DNA of 64,000 nucleotides from Leptogorgia sarmentosa (GCA_964658305.1 OZ210885.1:868001-932000), one strand, 5' to 3'; positions 23,660 to 36,351 are shown, counted from the stretch's first letter. Notes: generated by a model from the sequence alone, not told the origin. Numbers and translations: made by a program.

Positions 23660-23810
23660 CAGGGGCCGCGGAACCGGGGGCATTGGGGGCAAGTGCCCCC
23701 CCCCCCCCCACTTTTTGTACAAAGGGTAAATGTGCCCTGTTTTTGAAAGGAAAGTGCCCTTTTTCATCCGTGCCCTTTTTGGCTCTTTTGAGGTGCTTCC
23801 GCGGCCCCTG
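23660..23810. mobile_element. hAT-superfamily MITE
   Basis: TIR CAGGGGCCGCGGAA / TTCCGCGGCCCCTG; 8-bp TSD CAGATAGG / CAGATAAG (1 mismatch). Confidence 0.85.
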
Positions 23811-25287
23811 CAGATAAGCGGCAACAACTACACATGTCTCATTAAATGGTTCATCGAGCGTTGAATCGTTTGGCTGCATGCCCGTGAGTTTAAAACGTAA
23901 AGACAAACATAAAAATCGCAAACTGTGATCGAAAGAAATGTGGGATCGATGATATGATTATTTTAGTGAAGACGAAGAAAAGCGGTCTGATAAAGTCGTA
24001 ATTAAAATTAGTTGTTTTCTGACCATGCACTCATTTTTTTTAAAATAAACTTGACTATATGGTGGATGATGTTTATGCCGAGGTGCTGCATGAGTATTTG
24101 TTGAGTAGCAATGGTCAAAACAAATTCATAAATTCATAAAATGCTACACATTGAAATGGAAAAGCAAATACTACAAATTTACGGTGTTTGTACCTTTTCC
24201 TTGGGTTTCGCCGCTGCACGACGTTGGTCTTTTGCATCTTCCATGTTGAAAGAATTTAATGTCTGTAGGATGGATATTGTAAGTTGAAGCAACTCTAGCT
24301 GCAGGCTGTGAAGAAGATAATGAACCTATTCGACCTAAAGTGATATTTATGATACGATTACGGTGAAAACTTCCTGTTTTAAACCTTGACGAAAACTTCC
24401 TATTAAAAACTAACGTAATAAAACTTCTTTCTTCCAAAATATTTTCGGAATGTTCATCCTTCCTGCATTAAATGATAGTACTAATAATTGCACGATGAAA
24501 CATGTTTGAAGTCAAATTTAACAACACACAGGTCGCAATTATATTTAGGAAGATTCAGTCGAATTCATTCCCTCGCGCAGTGAAGATTGAGTTCGAAGTT
24601 TATACAACGAGTTATGTGTAAACGTATAATTGTCCATTTTCGGACCTTGCGTGAAGAAATTAAATAATCAGAGCGTTCAGTTAGGGTAGTTTAGTATTAG
24701 TCGGATTGCATGCTTGCTATAGAATACATATAGGTATGCCAACAAATATTATAGGGTATTTATAATTGCGAATATAGTTTTGTATAATATAAGGGTAGTG
24801 GCATTACATAGCTGCATGCATCGCAAATATTATAGCTCATCCACATTGTGTAATTTGTTTCGAAAGTTACTGTAATGCTGTACTATCTTTAGGCCTTTGG
24901 AATCACACGCTCCCATTCATTCGCCCGCGCTCCCAGTCATTCGCCTCGTGATAGAGGTCTCCATTATAATTATAGTGTTTTTTCCCTACGGTTTCTCTCT
25001 AAGTTTGAAGAAAAGACTCACTAATGCATGTGTACATTACTATCTAATTTATTAGTTGATGGCCATTTCCCATTTAGATCATGAAGCTTTGAAAACCAGA
25101 AATATATAATATGTTCGACGAGAATATTGGCAATATTAGTAAACCGTGTATTAACGTCTCAAAGTAGAAAAGAATGTGCAATCGACTTCTCAATTCGATT
25201 AATAACTCATCGATACGTTTGTAATGTTCACAATGAAACCTATATTAAAACATATTTTTATTATAATAAATATAATTATTTATTTAA

Positions 25288-25955
25288 TGTTTAATTGGAA
25301 AAATTATGCACATTCCAAAAATACTACGGAAGAAGAAGTTTATTACTTTTGTTTTAAACAGGATGTTTTCATCTCATATTTAATTGGAAAAAGGATGCAC
25401 ATTCCGGGAATACTACAGAAGAAAGAAGGTTTATTACTTTTGTTTTAAACAGGATGTTTTCATTTCATATTTAATTGGAAAAAGGATGCACATTCCGAGA
25501 ATACTACGGAAGAAAGAAGGTTTATTACTTTTGTTTTAAATAGGATGTTTTCATCTCATATTTAATTCGAAAAAGGATGCACATTCCGAGAATACTACGG
25601 AAGAAAGAAGGTTTATTACTTTTGTTTTAAATAGGATGTTTTCATCTCATATTTAATTCGAAAAAGGATGCACATTCCGAGAATACCACGGAAGAAAGAA
25701 GGTTTATTACTCTTGTTTTAAACAGGATGTTTTCATTTCATATTTAATTCGAAAAAGGATGCACATATCGAGAATACTACGGAAGAAGAAGGTTTTTACT
25801 TTTGTTTTAAATAGGATGTTTTCCTCTCATGTTTATTACTTTTGTTAAATAGGATGTTTTCATCTCATATTTAATTGGAAAAAGGACGCACATTCCGAGA
25901 ATACTACGGAAGAAAGAAGGTTTATTACTCTTGTTTTAAACAGGATGTTTAATTT
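25288..25955. repeat. ~91-bp tandem repeat, ~7 copies
   Basis: gatgcacattcc recurs at 25485, 25576, 25667 etc. (period 91). Confidence 0.9.
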
Positions 25956-27467
25956 CATCTCGTGATGCATAAAATTACTTTAGGTACATCATTATAATCT
26001 TCACTATCTGCAGCCATAGTTGCTTCAACCTACAAATCCCATCATTGACATACTGGACTCCTTCAAGTCTTCAACATGGAGTATAAAAAGGACAGACGCG
26101 CACTAAAGGTAAACAGAGAATGTTTGTTTTTCATTCAAAAGTGACTGAAAAATTTTCACATTTGTCGAGAGATTAAACAAACGTGAGAGTGACATTTAAT
26201 AGACCTGTTTATAATTTATCACTATGAACGATGCAAACTAAATTTCATGTATTTAATGCACACTTGATATTCCATGCACATTGTGGTATTCGAGTTCATT
26301 GCATTCCATGCGATTCATGCCACAAGTGATACTTCTATCAATGTTGGCCTATAGCTAACTTACTATCACGATTTCTAAATAATGGACCACTTCACTACTA
26401 GCACGATCATATCTATCAACGAAAAAGTCTACCATAATTATGGTCTGTTGGAAACGTGGCCAGTGTTGAGATAGCGGTGACAACAGCAGTAGAGCCTTCG
26501 CTCGAAATGTCGAATTTTATTGTTTGCGTTTGTATTATTGTATAGGTAGTGAGTAAAACCGTTTCTGCTGTTTGCCATATGGTTCATTGCAAATGCCAGT
26601 CAGAGATATTGTTGATTTAATAGTCTTAGAGTGGATTACTTAGAAAATAACTTCTTGCTTTAACATTATACTTTATTTGACAATTTTATATAGAGGCGTT
26701 TAATTCATAATCCAAACACCATAAAAACAATTGATCGTAAATCCGTTGTATGTAATCTAGTATGGATGCGGGCTTTATCACGTTCAAGGCTTATACTAAC
26801 TACAAATTTAGAAATAGCTATTTCATACTTCGTTACGGTGACTGCTCTTTGAAATGTTCCAAAATAACCAAGAGCACGTTCTCCCGATTCATGCGTAACA
26901 TTGTTTACCTTCTCACAGTCAGGCTAGTTGTTGTGAAAGACAAGAATATAGTCGGAACGAAATTAAAGTGTTATGAAGAGAATGTTCGCTCGCTGGAAAC
27001 AATGAATCTTCGTTTTGAAGTGGATACGCGCAAATTTTTATGGTTGAATTTTTCGATTAAATTTGAATTGACGTCAATGTATTTTTACGTCAATCATCCC
27101 ATACGCAAAACGTACGTCAGAGCGTACGTTAGCTAATGTTGATAAAGGTCGAGTTTGCCTAAGTTGAATGCAATGCTATAAGACATGCTGATGCTGCCTT
27201 TTCCACAAGTAAACATGCATGAGTTATCAGTGCTAACATGATTGAAAAAAATTACAATTATCAAGTATTTATACTTTTTATAAGTGTTTATTTTTGTAAA
27301 TTTACAATTATTCAAGTGTTAAGATTTCATATGCTAAAACTTCCACCAAATGATCATGAAAAGGGGAAGGACGAGAAGTGTTAGATCATTTTAATGTAGA
27401 GACTGAACCAGACTCAACCAGTCCCACTGCATCAGTCTCTATGGCATAGTGACATTATGTTAGGCAG

Positions 27468-27474
27468 TATAAAG
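27468..27474 (+). promoter_or_regulatory. Candidate TATA box for the PLC-like gene
   Basis: TATAAAG ~60 bp upstream of ATG 27533, which is followed by a phase-0 donor GTAGGT. Confidence 0.3.
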
Positions 27475-27532
27475 CCTGTCAGTTGCTCCTTTTTCACCCA
27501 TAAAACAATTGGTAAAACAAAGAAGAAATTAA

Positions 27533-30500
27533 ATGAAAGAACCTGTAGGTAGAACTTAATTTGTAGAACTTGTCTTGCGACAGAAGGACAACTTTTTGCT
27601 GCATTACACACTCTTTTCCCTTGGTTGACGCCAGAGAATGCACCTTACAAGGGTGCAGGGGTAGGGATTGTACAGAACAGGCTTGCCCTTGCTGACGTGA
27701 GACTCGCTAATGATGTGCTTGTTTTCCTCCCTACAGGGATATGTGTTTGATTCCTTTGATCACAAGCAGTTTGATGAAGTAATTAATTTAGACAAACATG
27801 CAGATTTCTGGGACACTGGCGAACATGAAATACTCGGAGAGTTAATTTATAAATTCAACTCCGACGAGCATAAAAAAATTGGAGATTTAATGAAAACGTT
27901 TCCTGCCACGAAGCACAGCAAAATTAGAAACGTGATTGAAAAATATAACTCTGACGAGCACCAAGCCATTGGGGACATGCTTGAGCATTTTTCGTCTCGC
28001 AAACATGAAAAGATACAGCAGCTGGTTTTGAGATTCCACGAAAATGGGCATTCATTGAAAGCATCTACAATGGATAAAGGAAAGACGCTTCCCTCTGCAG
28101 AGCACAAAAAATTTCTTGGCAAACCCAAGGAAAGAATTCAAAGAAAGGAACGAAACGGAACTGGAGAAGACTACGTTGATGCAATTGGCGGCAGGCCAAG
28201 GGAAGGTATAACAGAGATGGGAAACAAACTTTATACTTTGTGTGTGGAATTCATATAGCTTTGCAATTGCCTGAGCAGGCGCCTATCACTTAAGCGATCA
28301 TTTCCTCTGACTGCCTACGGTTTTTTAACATTTTTTTCAACTACCAAAAAGATTAATATGGAATCCAACCACCTGAATTTCGCTCATTGTATAGGAGGCG
28401 TCACGAAACGTCTAAATAATATTACCTAACAAACCAACGTTATAGCCTTACAGACTCATTACATTTGTCTCATTCAGATTCTGGAAGAAAGAACCTTCTC
28501 ACACTGCCAAATGGAGTGCGTCTGACATTCAGTGAAATTATCGCTTTGGCAGGAGACTATTACGGCATTCCGGATAAGCCCATAGCAGATCCCCAATATC
28601 CAGATGAGGTCGACGCTGGTGCTGCTGAAAGATTCAAGAATGCTTATTCTACGTTAGCAGTTACTCCATACGAAGGGGAATTCAAGGTTTGATTAACTGC
28701 GAAACTACATAAATATAACAAACTTCATCACGTTTATTTCGCAGGAGAATTGTGAGCGGAAGTAAGGTTGGAGGTAAGGTTGGAGGTAAGGTTGGAGGTT
28801 GGAGTAGGTAACAAATTTTGGGCACAAGATACAGATAGCAAATTACAACTGGAGCCTAAATTACACTCAAATTTTGCTGGATTTACCATTTGAAAGACAG
28901 TAGGAAGGAGTATTTTACTCCTCATATCGAATCTAGTATTTGTGCTAACGTGATAATATGGTGTATATTACCCTGATGCATGCAGCACGACAATACAAAC
29001 AATACAAAGCACTGCAATAAATTTACAAATTCACAATAGCACTAACGTACGGTTTCCCCTAAGGCTATTGTCTTCACAACTCAGCCTCGCGTTGAGGCAA
29101 TAATTACAATATCCCTCTTTACATTAAAGCGAAGCTTGGTGGTTACGTCGGAAAATGGCAGTGACGGAAATTCAGTTTCCGAAATAGGGCCGGGCAAAAT
29201 TTCACAGATTTCTGACAACATGGTATCGTTTTTGCCGGAATGACTTTCAAATATAGGTCTTATGGGTATAGTCATGTTATGCCTCCGAATTGATGCGCAA
29301 TTTTTGTCTACTTTTCAGTTCAATGCTGCTCTTTTAAAAAGTCATGCAATATACAAAAATTCTATCAAAAAAAGAAGTTACATGTCGTTTAAAGTTACCT
29401 TTTAAATGCAATCAACAAAATGTCGGACAATTAAAATGAAAAGAGAATACTAATTCCCAGCGAAACGAAAGATAGTGAGTTAGATAGTGAGATAGAGCTA
29501 ACATCAATCAATGCGTCTTCAAATTTTTTAGGAGCAGTTGCATAAACTGCTCAAAATGATGAATGACGATAGCAAAAAGTCCAAAGAAGCCGGACAATGT
29601 CAACACAGTGACAAAGAATGGGATGAGGCTACAGGAGGAGCATGGTTTGCTGGATTACCAATCATTCGCGGATACATGATGAAACTTGCTCAAAATAATT
29701 TTGATCATTTTTTGCCTAATGGAAAAACGGCGTACCTTGCTGGACATAGATATGCTGTTCAGAAAGCACAGGAAGCAGGTAAAGTGGCCGATGCATCGAT
29801 CATTTTGAACAACAAAAATAGATTATTAATATTACGTAGGGACTTCAATAATTCTATAGTAATTACCTTAGAGATCAACTTGCAGGAGAGGGGGCTCTGG
29901 GATTTAAGCTCTATTGACACAAATTTTGTTCGGTATGTAGCTGGTAGACTGGTAATCTATTCATTCAGTGATCTGTAATGGATCGCAAACAAAAAAGCTT
30001 ATTTGTACTTTTGATTTGGAGTGCATGCAGTCAATAGTTAGATATGTTGCTAAGGTTTTTAAAAGTTCAAGAAATATAGCATGAGCTCCAAAATCATGAT
30101 ATAATGACGGGCAATTTTTAATCGAAGGAATAAAAAATTCTAGTAATTATGCCAGCAATTTCCTCGTGGCTCTAAGATGGTGTGATTATGTTGCTTGTTG
30201 CTCACAACGTCAAACCTGGCGAAAACTCCATTGATGTAAACTTTTCATCAGGTCGTAGTAAAGACGAAGAACGTTCAGTAATGCTACTGTCAGAAGCCAG
30301 AGCAATTGATGCTTTTGCGTGTCATTTTCTCACCGATGCGTTTGCCAGTGGTCACATCAGGTAGGATATTCACCTCCATGCATGTAATAACAGCAACAAA
30401 AGTAAAGATCTGTTGCACTTTTCATTGTGATTTTTCCCGCTTTTCATATATGAATTAATTATAACAACCCGCAATCGCGCCGTGTTGCACGCTTCCTCAC

Positions 30501-31628
30501 CTCAATTTTGGTTCCTGTATGGTTCGCTCGTTCATTCCCATTAAAAGATCGAAAAAATCGTGTTTTAACGATGTGTCTACACGCTGTAATATTCCTCACC
30601 CTTTGCCAAGAAAACAAAATGAGCGGAATGTGGACACGCTAGCACATGTCATTCATATGATAACCAATGATAACCGGCATGCAGCAACAATGATGGCAGC
30701 AATAGAAATTTTATTTCTAATTTATAATTTTGTACTCGATTTCAGAACACCAAGAGTAGAACTTGCTATGAATGTCACTCCAAGAGCATTAGGAGATCTT
30801 CTGTGTAAATACATGCACGATGAAGACAACAAGTGTGGTATTCGTGTCACCAACGTCCGAGGAGACAAATGGATTTCATATGGAGATGGAATGCTCACTG
30901 AGGAGTGCAACAAGGTGAATCCTATTATACCATAGGAATCCCGACAACTACTTGTAATGGGGACAAAAAATGGTGACCCAAATGGTGATTATAAATCCAA
31001 TTGTGACAAACCTTGCATATATTACTATACATACTATACATACTACACACATGTATTACTGACTTTTGGGCAGTAACTGTATTTTAAATTTCTATAAAAA
31101 ATTGAAATTTATCACAACTATAAAATACATTCTATACTGATTTTGGAAAAACCCAGTTATTGGTAGTATTAACTGGTTTGAACTGTAGTCGGTCTAAATT
31201 CGCATAAAAATAATCGGTAGGTCTGTTTTGGTTGGTCACCCCCAGCCATATTCGATATTTACGCCCCTGAGTCTTATCTTAAACAAATATTACGACTAGA
31301 AATACTTAAATATAACCCTTTCACGTCATATATTTAGGAAAATTTCAGCCTCGTTGTGGAAGCTGTGCAGAATTCAGTCAACCAGTTACATGAAGCATAC
31401 AAAAATCCTGATAAGACACCAGACCCAAAGGCAATTACTGATCTTATACCATTTGTGGATAAAGAAGCGAAAAATAATACACCTTTGTTTGAATACAAAG
31501 ATGGTGCAATACATCGCAGGGCAGACATCCACGATCTTCAAGATACGAACACAGTCACGAACTGGTGGGGATCTACTACAGTATTGAAATTACAACGTCA
31601 AAAACATCGTAATCCAGCAATTCCATAA
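27533..31628 (+). CDS. Zn-dependent phospholipase C of the Legionella PlcA/PlcB - Pseudomonas fluorescens PC-PLC type, ~500 aa, with N-terminal 15-aa His repeats
   Basis: Exons 27533-27544 (or alternative 26076-26108), 27737-28205, 28478-28686, 29532-29778, 30252-30360, 30746-30914, 31338-31628 join in frame. Motifs LPNGVRLTFSEIIALAGDYYG, LAQNNFDHF, YLAGH, AFACHFLTDAFASGHIRTPR, MHDEDN, WISYGDG match my recollection of this family. The first coding exon is uncertain. Confidence 0.75.
28761..28808. repeat. 12-bp microrepeat (gtaaggttggag)x3-4
   Basis: Directly visible in a PLC intron. Confidence 0.7.
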
Positions 31629-31763
31629 ACTTTTTGTGGCATTTGAAATCATTCATTTTATATTCGTGAACATTACTGCACATGCAGTCACATTTTGTGT
31701 CGACCACTCTGCTAGCTAACTCCAAACATGTTGTCATTTAATATTGTACACTGCCTTCATGTC

Positions 31764-32030
31764 TGTTGCGTTGTAAACGCTACTTAAAATCAGCGACAGC
31801 CACAAACCGTATAATAATGATGATTTAATGATAATTAATATTCGATCTAAAATACAATACAATAATTTCGTAAGGTTAAATTTGATATGTCAATGCTTCT
31901 TACCATACAACTTAATTACTTAGAATGTCCAATAGATTTCACTTACTTCTGTGGCAGGTCGTATACAAAACAGATAAAACTGGTTAGCAGATCACTGGTT
32001 AGCTCTAAGCAAATCCTGGTTAGCAAACGG
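31764..32030 (-). repeat. 3' LTR of the BEL/Pao element (lacking its first ~11 bp)
   Basis: Matches 36352-36618. Confidence 0.9.
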
Positions 32031-35000
32031 GATACATGGTGGTCGCCAGGTAGCAGGGCGGGGTGCTTGGTGTCGTAGGACACTGATGCCTTGCTCACCC
32101 TTCCTCCAACTCTTATGATGCCTTCTTCGTCGATGAACGGGCTTAGCGCTGCGAAATCTCCCTTCTTCAAGCGTTGATTAATACTTTCTTGTGCTTGTTT
32201 AATCAAAAAGTTTTTTGCTCTCTGCAACTCTTCCGGATTCAATGTTTCATCCCGTATTTCTTCCTGTTGAGAACAATTACGCAGTTGGATCTTTCTGGCT
32301 AGCCTTTGAATACGTGCTGTAACTCTAACGAGCTTTCGCCAAGTGGGAAAACGCTTCGCGTCAATCACGTCTTCCTCTTTCTTCTTCATTTTGACTACAG
32401 CTACTTGTCTGCGCTCGATATCTTCATCAGGGTTTGGCGTGGTTTCTTTAATAGGCCATTGTTCTTTTGGTAAACGCAGAAACTCGGGCCCGTTTATCCA
32501 TCTCGCTGTTACTTCCTTTACGTGAATCCCTCTCGACAGATTATCTGCTACGTTATCTTCGCTGGGAATATGTTTCCACTGACTGGTTTCGGAATGACTT
32601 TGTATTTCGCCTACTCTGGACGACACAAACGGCTTAAAGCTACGTGACGGGCTCTGTATCCAAGACAGAACGATGGTGCTGTCGATGAAAAACGTAACGG
32701 CTTGGAACTGTAGTCTGCTCTCTTCTTGTATGGCCTTGGCTAATCGGGTGGCGACAACGGCTGCTTGCAACTCTAATCTTGGGATGGTGAGTTGTTTCAA
32801 AGGGGCCACTCTGGACTTGGCTGCGATGAATCCCACTGCGTAGGTCCCGTCAATTTTCTGCTGCCTTATATAAGCGCAGGCTCCGAATGCTTCCTGGGAT
32901 GCGTCAGCAAAAACACATAGCGATGGCGTGCCAGTCGCGTCAGCTCTCACTAGGCTTCTCTCGAACGATACGTCGTTCAGTTCCATCATTTCGCGGAACA
33001 AGGAAATCCATTTTTCCTGGACTGCTTGTGAGAGCTCGTCATCCCATTCCAATCGTAACAACCATAGTTGCTGCATTCCGATTTTTGCTCTCACGATAAT
33101 AGGGGCGACGAAACCAATTGGGTCATAGATCCGTGCGATTTGACTTAAAATCGTTCTCTTCGTTAATAATGTCCTCTGATTGGGTCGTTGATCCACATTC
33201 TTCAGCACGTCCATTTTTACTTTGAAATGAAATCTGTCAGAGTCACAGTTCCATGATATTCCTAGCACCTTCTCTTCTTCTTCCAGAAACATGTTCAATC
33301 CTTTCTTCATTTCATCGTTGCATTTCTGCGATAGAAGATTCTTATTTGAAATCCAACCCTTTACGCTGAATCCTCCAGTCTCCAAGACTGCATCTATCTC
33401 TTTCGTCAGCCTCTGAGTCTCTTCTACGGTATCCACGGAATCGCAAATGTCGTCCATATACACATTATTCCGTAGTACTTCTGCTGCATCTGGGTGTTCA
33501 CGCTTGTTTTCTTGGGCCGTCTTCCGAAGCGCGATCTGCGCCATAGCGGGTGCAGGCTTGTTCCCAAATGTGAGTACCGTCTTCACATAGGTTTCAGGCT
33601 CTCTGCTTGTTTCGAGGTTTCTCCATAGAAAGCGATGAACATGCTGATCCTTTTCTGGTATTAATATGCGATGGTACATCTTAGAGATATCTCCGACTAC
33701 TGCAACTTCTCTTTCTCTAAACCGTAGTAGAACTCCGAACATACCGTTGAGGAGATCGGGTCCCTTTCGCCAATAGTCGTTTAGAACGTGGCCTTTATAA
33801 TTCGCTGAGGAGTTAAATACAATCCGAACCGGGGTACTTCTCTTTTCGGGTCTGACAACGGCGTGGTGTGGTATGTAATGAACTGGGCCTTTGTATTCGT
33901 TTTCGTCCTCCTTTGAAACCTTTCTAGAAAACTTCATTTCTTCCATTTCATTCATTTGCTTGCAGTAGGCTTCTCCTTGCTTGGGATTCTTCTTTAGCCG
34001 TCTTTCCACCGACTCTAAACGCCGTATCGCTAATTCTTTGTTGTCTGGCAGTGAACTAGGGTCCTGGTTCCATGGATAGGGCACCATCCACTGTTTTCCA
34101 ACCTTCACACAGGAATCCTCGATCATTTTTGCTTCTTCTCTTTCAGTATGCGTCAACTTATCTGCGTCACAGGCACATAGTTTTACCTCAACACCCATAG
34201 CCTCGGTGCTCCAGAAATCTGTCAGATCGACTGGCGTTGCAATTGCATATTTGACGTGCAGTATCACTCGTTGATCGCTTCCAGAGTTTCCTCCAAAAAC
34301 GATCCATCCAAGCGGTGATTTTCTAACTAGCAGATTTTCGACTTGCTTCGTCTTGCCGGTGTGCATCTGAGCATGGTCCACTCCAATTAATAGATCAATC
34401 TGCCCTTTGCCTCGACGGAATCTTGCATTTGATAGACCAAATAGCTCTGGAATGCGTGCGGTATTGATCGTCGTTATTTCATCACTAATATTGGGAATTC
34501 CGACGGCTTTGATCATAAACTTCTTGTTATCATCGATGGAGGTTACTTCGACTTTGTACGCTTTCGTTTTCACCGTCTCATCTTGCCCTCCTACTTTTGT
34601 GATAGTCACAGATGTATTTTTGCCGTTTAATCCCAGAGCGCTAGCGGTTTCCTGCCTTATCAAGCTGATCTGTGCTCCAGAATCTAACAACACATTTCCT
34701 CGTTTGAACAAACCGTCTTTGCTTCCGATATTTGCAGAGATAACTGGCAATACCACTTCGTTGATCTGGGTTGTCATGGCTACTCCAACTTTCAAACTAT
34801 TACTCTTGTGCAGCAGCGGGTGATGGTGGTGTGGACATCGTGTTTCATTTTCAGTTTTCGCACATATTGTTGTTTTCGGGTACAATTATCCATGCGATGG
34901 TTCCTTCCAGCTCTTTTCAAACAACTAAAGCAGACGTGATTGTTTTTGGCAAGCTTAATGCGCTCATCGACACTCCGTTCTGCTAGCTTTTCACATTGGT

Positions 35001-36294
35001 CGGGCCAGTGGGTGGAGCTCTTGCAGAGCCAACATTTGTGTTTTAATTTTTCAATTTTTTCTTCTCCGGTTGCTACATAGTTAACGGTTACGCTACGTCG
35101 ACTGCTTGTTGTCCTGACTGGGGCTGTGGCGCGCATTCTTGTTTTCATTTCGACTGTCATCAAGGACAGTAGAGCGTTTAAGGTTGCCGGTTTCTTCTCC
35201 CTTTCAATCTCTCGAGCCCAGACTTTTCGGTCATCGGCGCACATTTTCTGTTCTATTATGGACAACATGTGGCTATTGTCCATATCGCTTGGCAACCCAA
35301 CTTCCTTTAACGTATTATAACACCGATTCACTAGGTGTACCAGCTCACAAAATCTCGCATCCTCCCCCTCCTGTAAGGCTTTAAACTTTGAAATATCTTG
35401 GATCATAGCGTCTGATACGAACCGGGGGTCTCCATAAATGGAATCTAAATACTGCCACGCGGCGTCATAATCCGCCACGCGGCGTCATAATCCGTTACCT
35501 CTTATGAGCTCAAGAGGCTTACCCTGTAAGCAGGTGCGAAGCAGCGTGATGGCGCCTCTTTTGGAATGTTGCGATTCGACTGCATATTTAAAATCCGAAC
35601 GGAAAATCGCGTAATCTCTCACATCGCCTGCAAATTCGGGCAGTTTTGGCTTTTGTAGTCTAAATACGCTCATGTTATTTTGCGCTGCGCCACTAGATGC
35701 CTGTTCCATGTTGTCATCGCTTGGCGTGCTGGTGTTTTGGCTAACAGCGTTACTCGAGACGTTATGGTAGGGCCGACCATTTGCGCTCTGGTCATTGTCA
35801 GCTGGGTTAGCGTGATCATCTGACGTTTCACTTACTAGATTTGGTTGCGTGCTGGTCGTGCTTGTCATGCCATTGTCTGAGCTTTCAGGGTTGTGCATAT
35901 TTGGAATTCCTGCGTTACTGGTTGACTCAGGTCTTAAATCGTCTTCTCCTTCAGTCGCTTCCTCAACATTACTTTCTCCGTTCGAAACTGTTCGCTCTTC
36001 ACTACTAATAAACATTCTTGCATTCACATCTAACTTCAGGAATGTCTCTTGGCATTCTTCTACCCATCGTTCTTCTAACTCGTACTGCTCATCGTCGCCT
36101 ATAAGCTCAGCATACTCCTCATGCTTACATACTAAGCTCTCATACGTCGTTTTATATTTATTTAATGCTTCTCTTACCTCTTCAAGAGGTCTCTTACTGT
36201 CCGCAGCATGTACTAGTGCTTTTCCTGCTCTGGTGAATGCGGATTTTGCTGTTCGTCTGGCGGTTTTGGTCCTTTTTTGTGCTTCTTCTTCCAT
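31943..36294 (-). pseudogene. BEL/Pao gag-pol polyprotein, broken into three ORFs
   Basis: ORFs 36294-35485, 35478-34792 and 34885-31943. Breaks are a 20-bp tandem duplication (35454-35493) and a small indel near 34865. The pol frame runs into the LTR after HPALLPGDHHVSRLL. Confidence 0.9.
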
Positions 36295-36351
36295 CGCGTT
36301 TCCTTTTACTTGGTATTTACTTGCACATATCCATCCAAGAAATCGAATGTA

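Noticed and set aside
25288..25955. Regularly spaced repeats resembling a CRISPR array
   Set aside because: Whole 91-bp units repeat with no unique spacers, there are no cas genes, and the context is eukaryotic.
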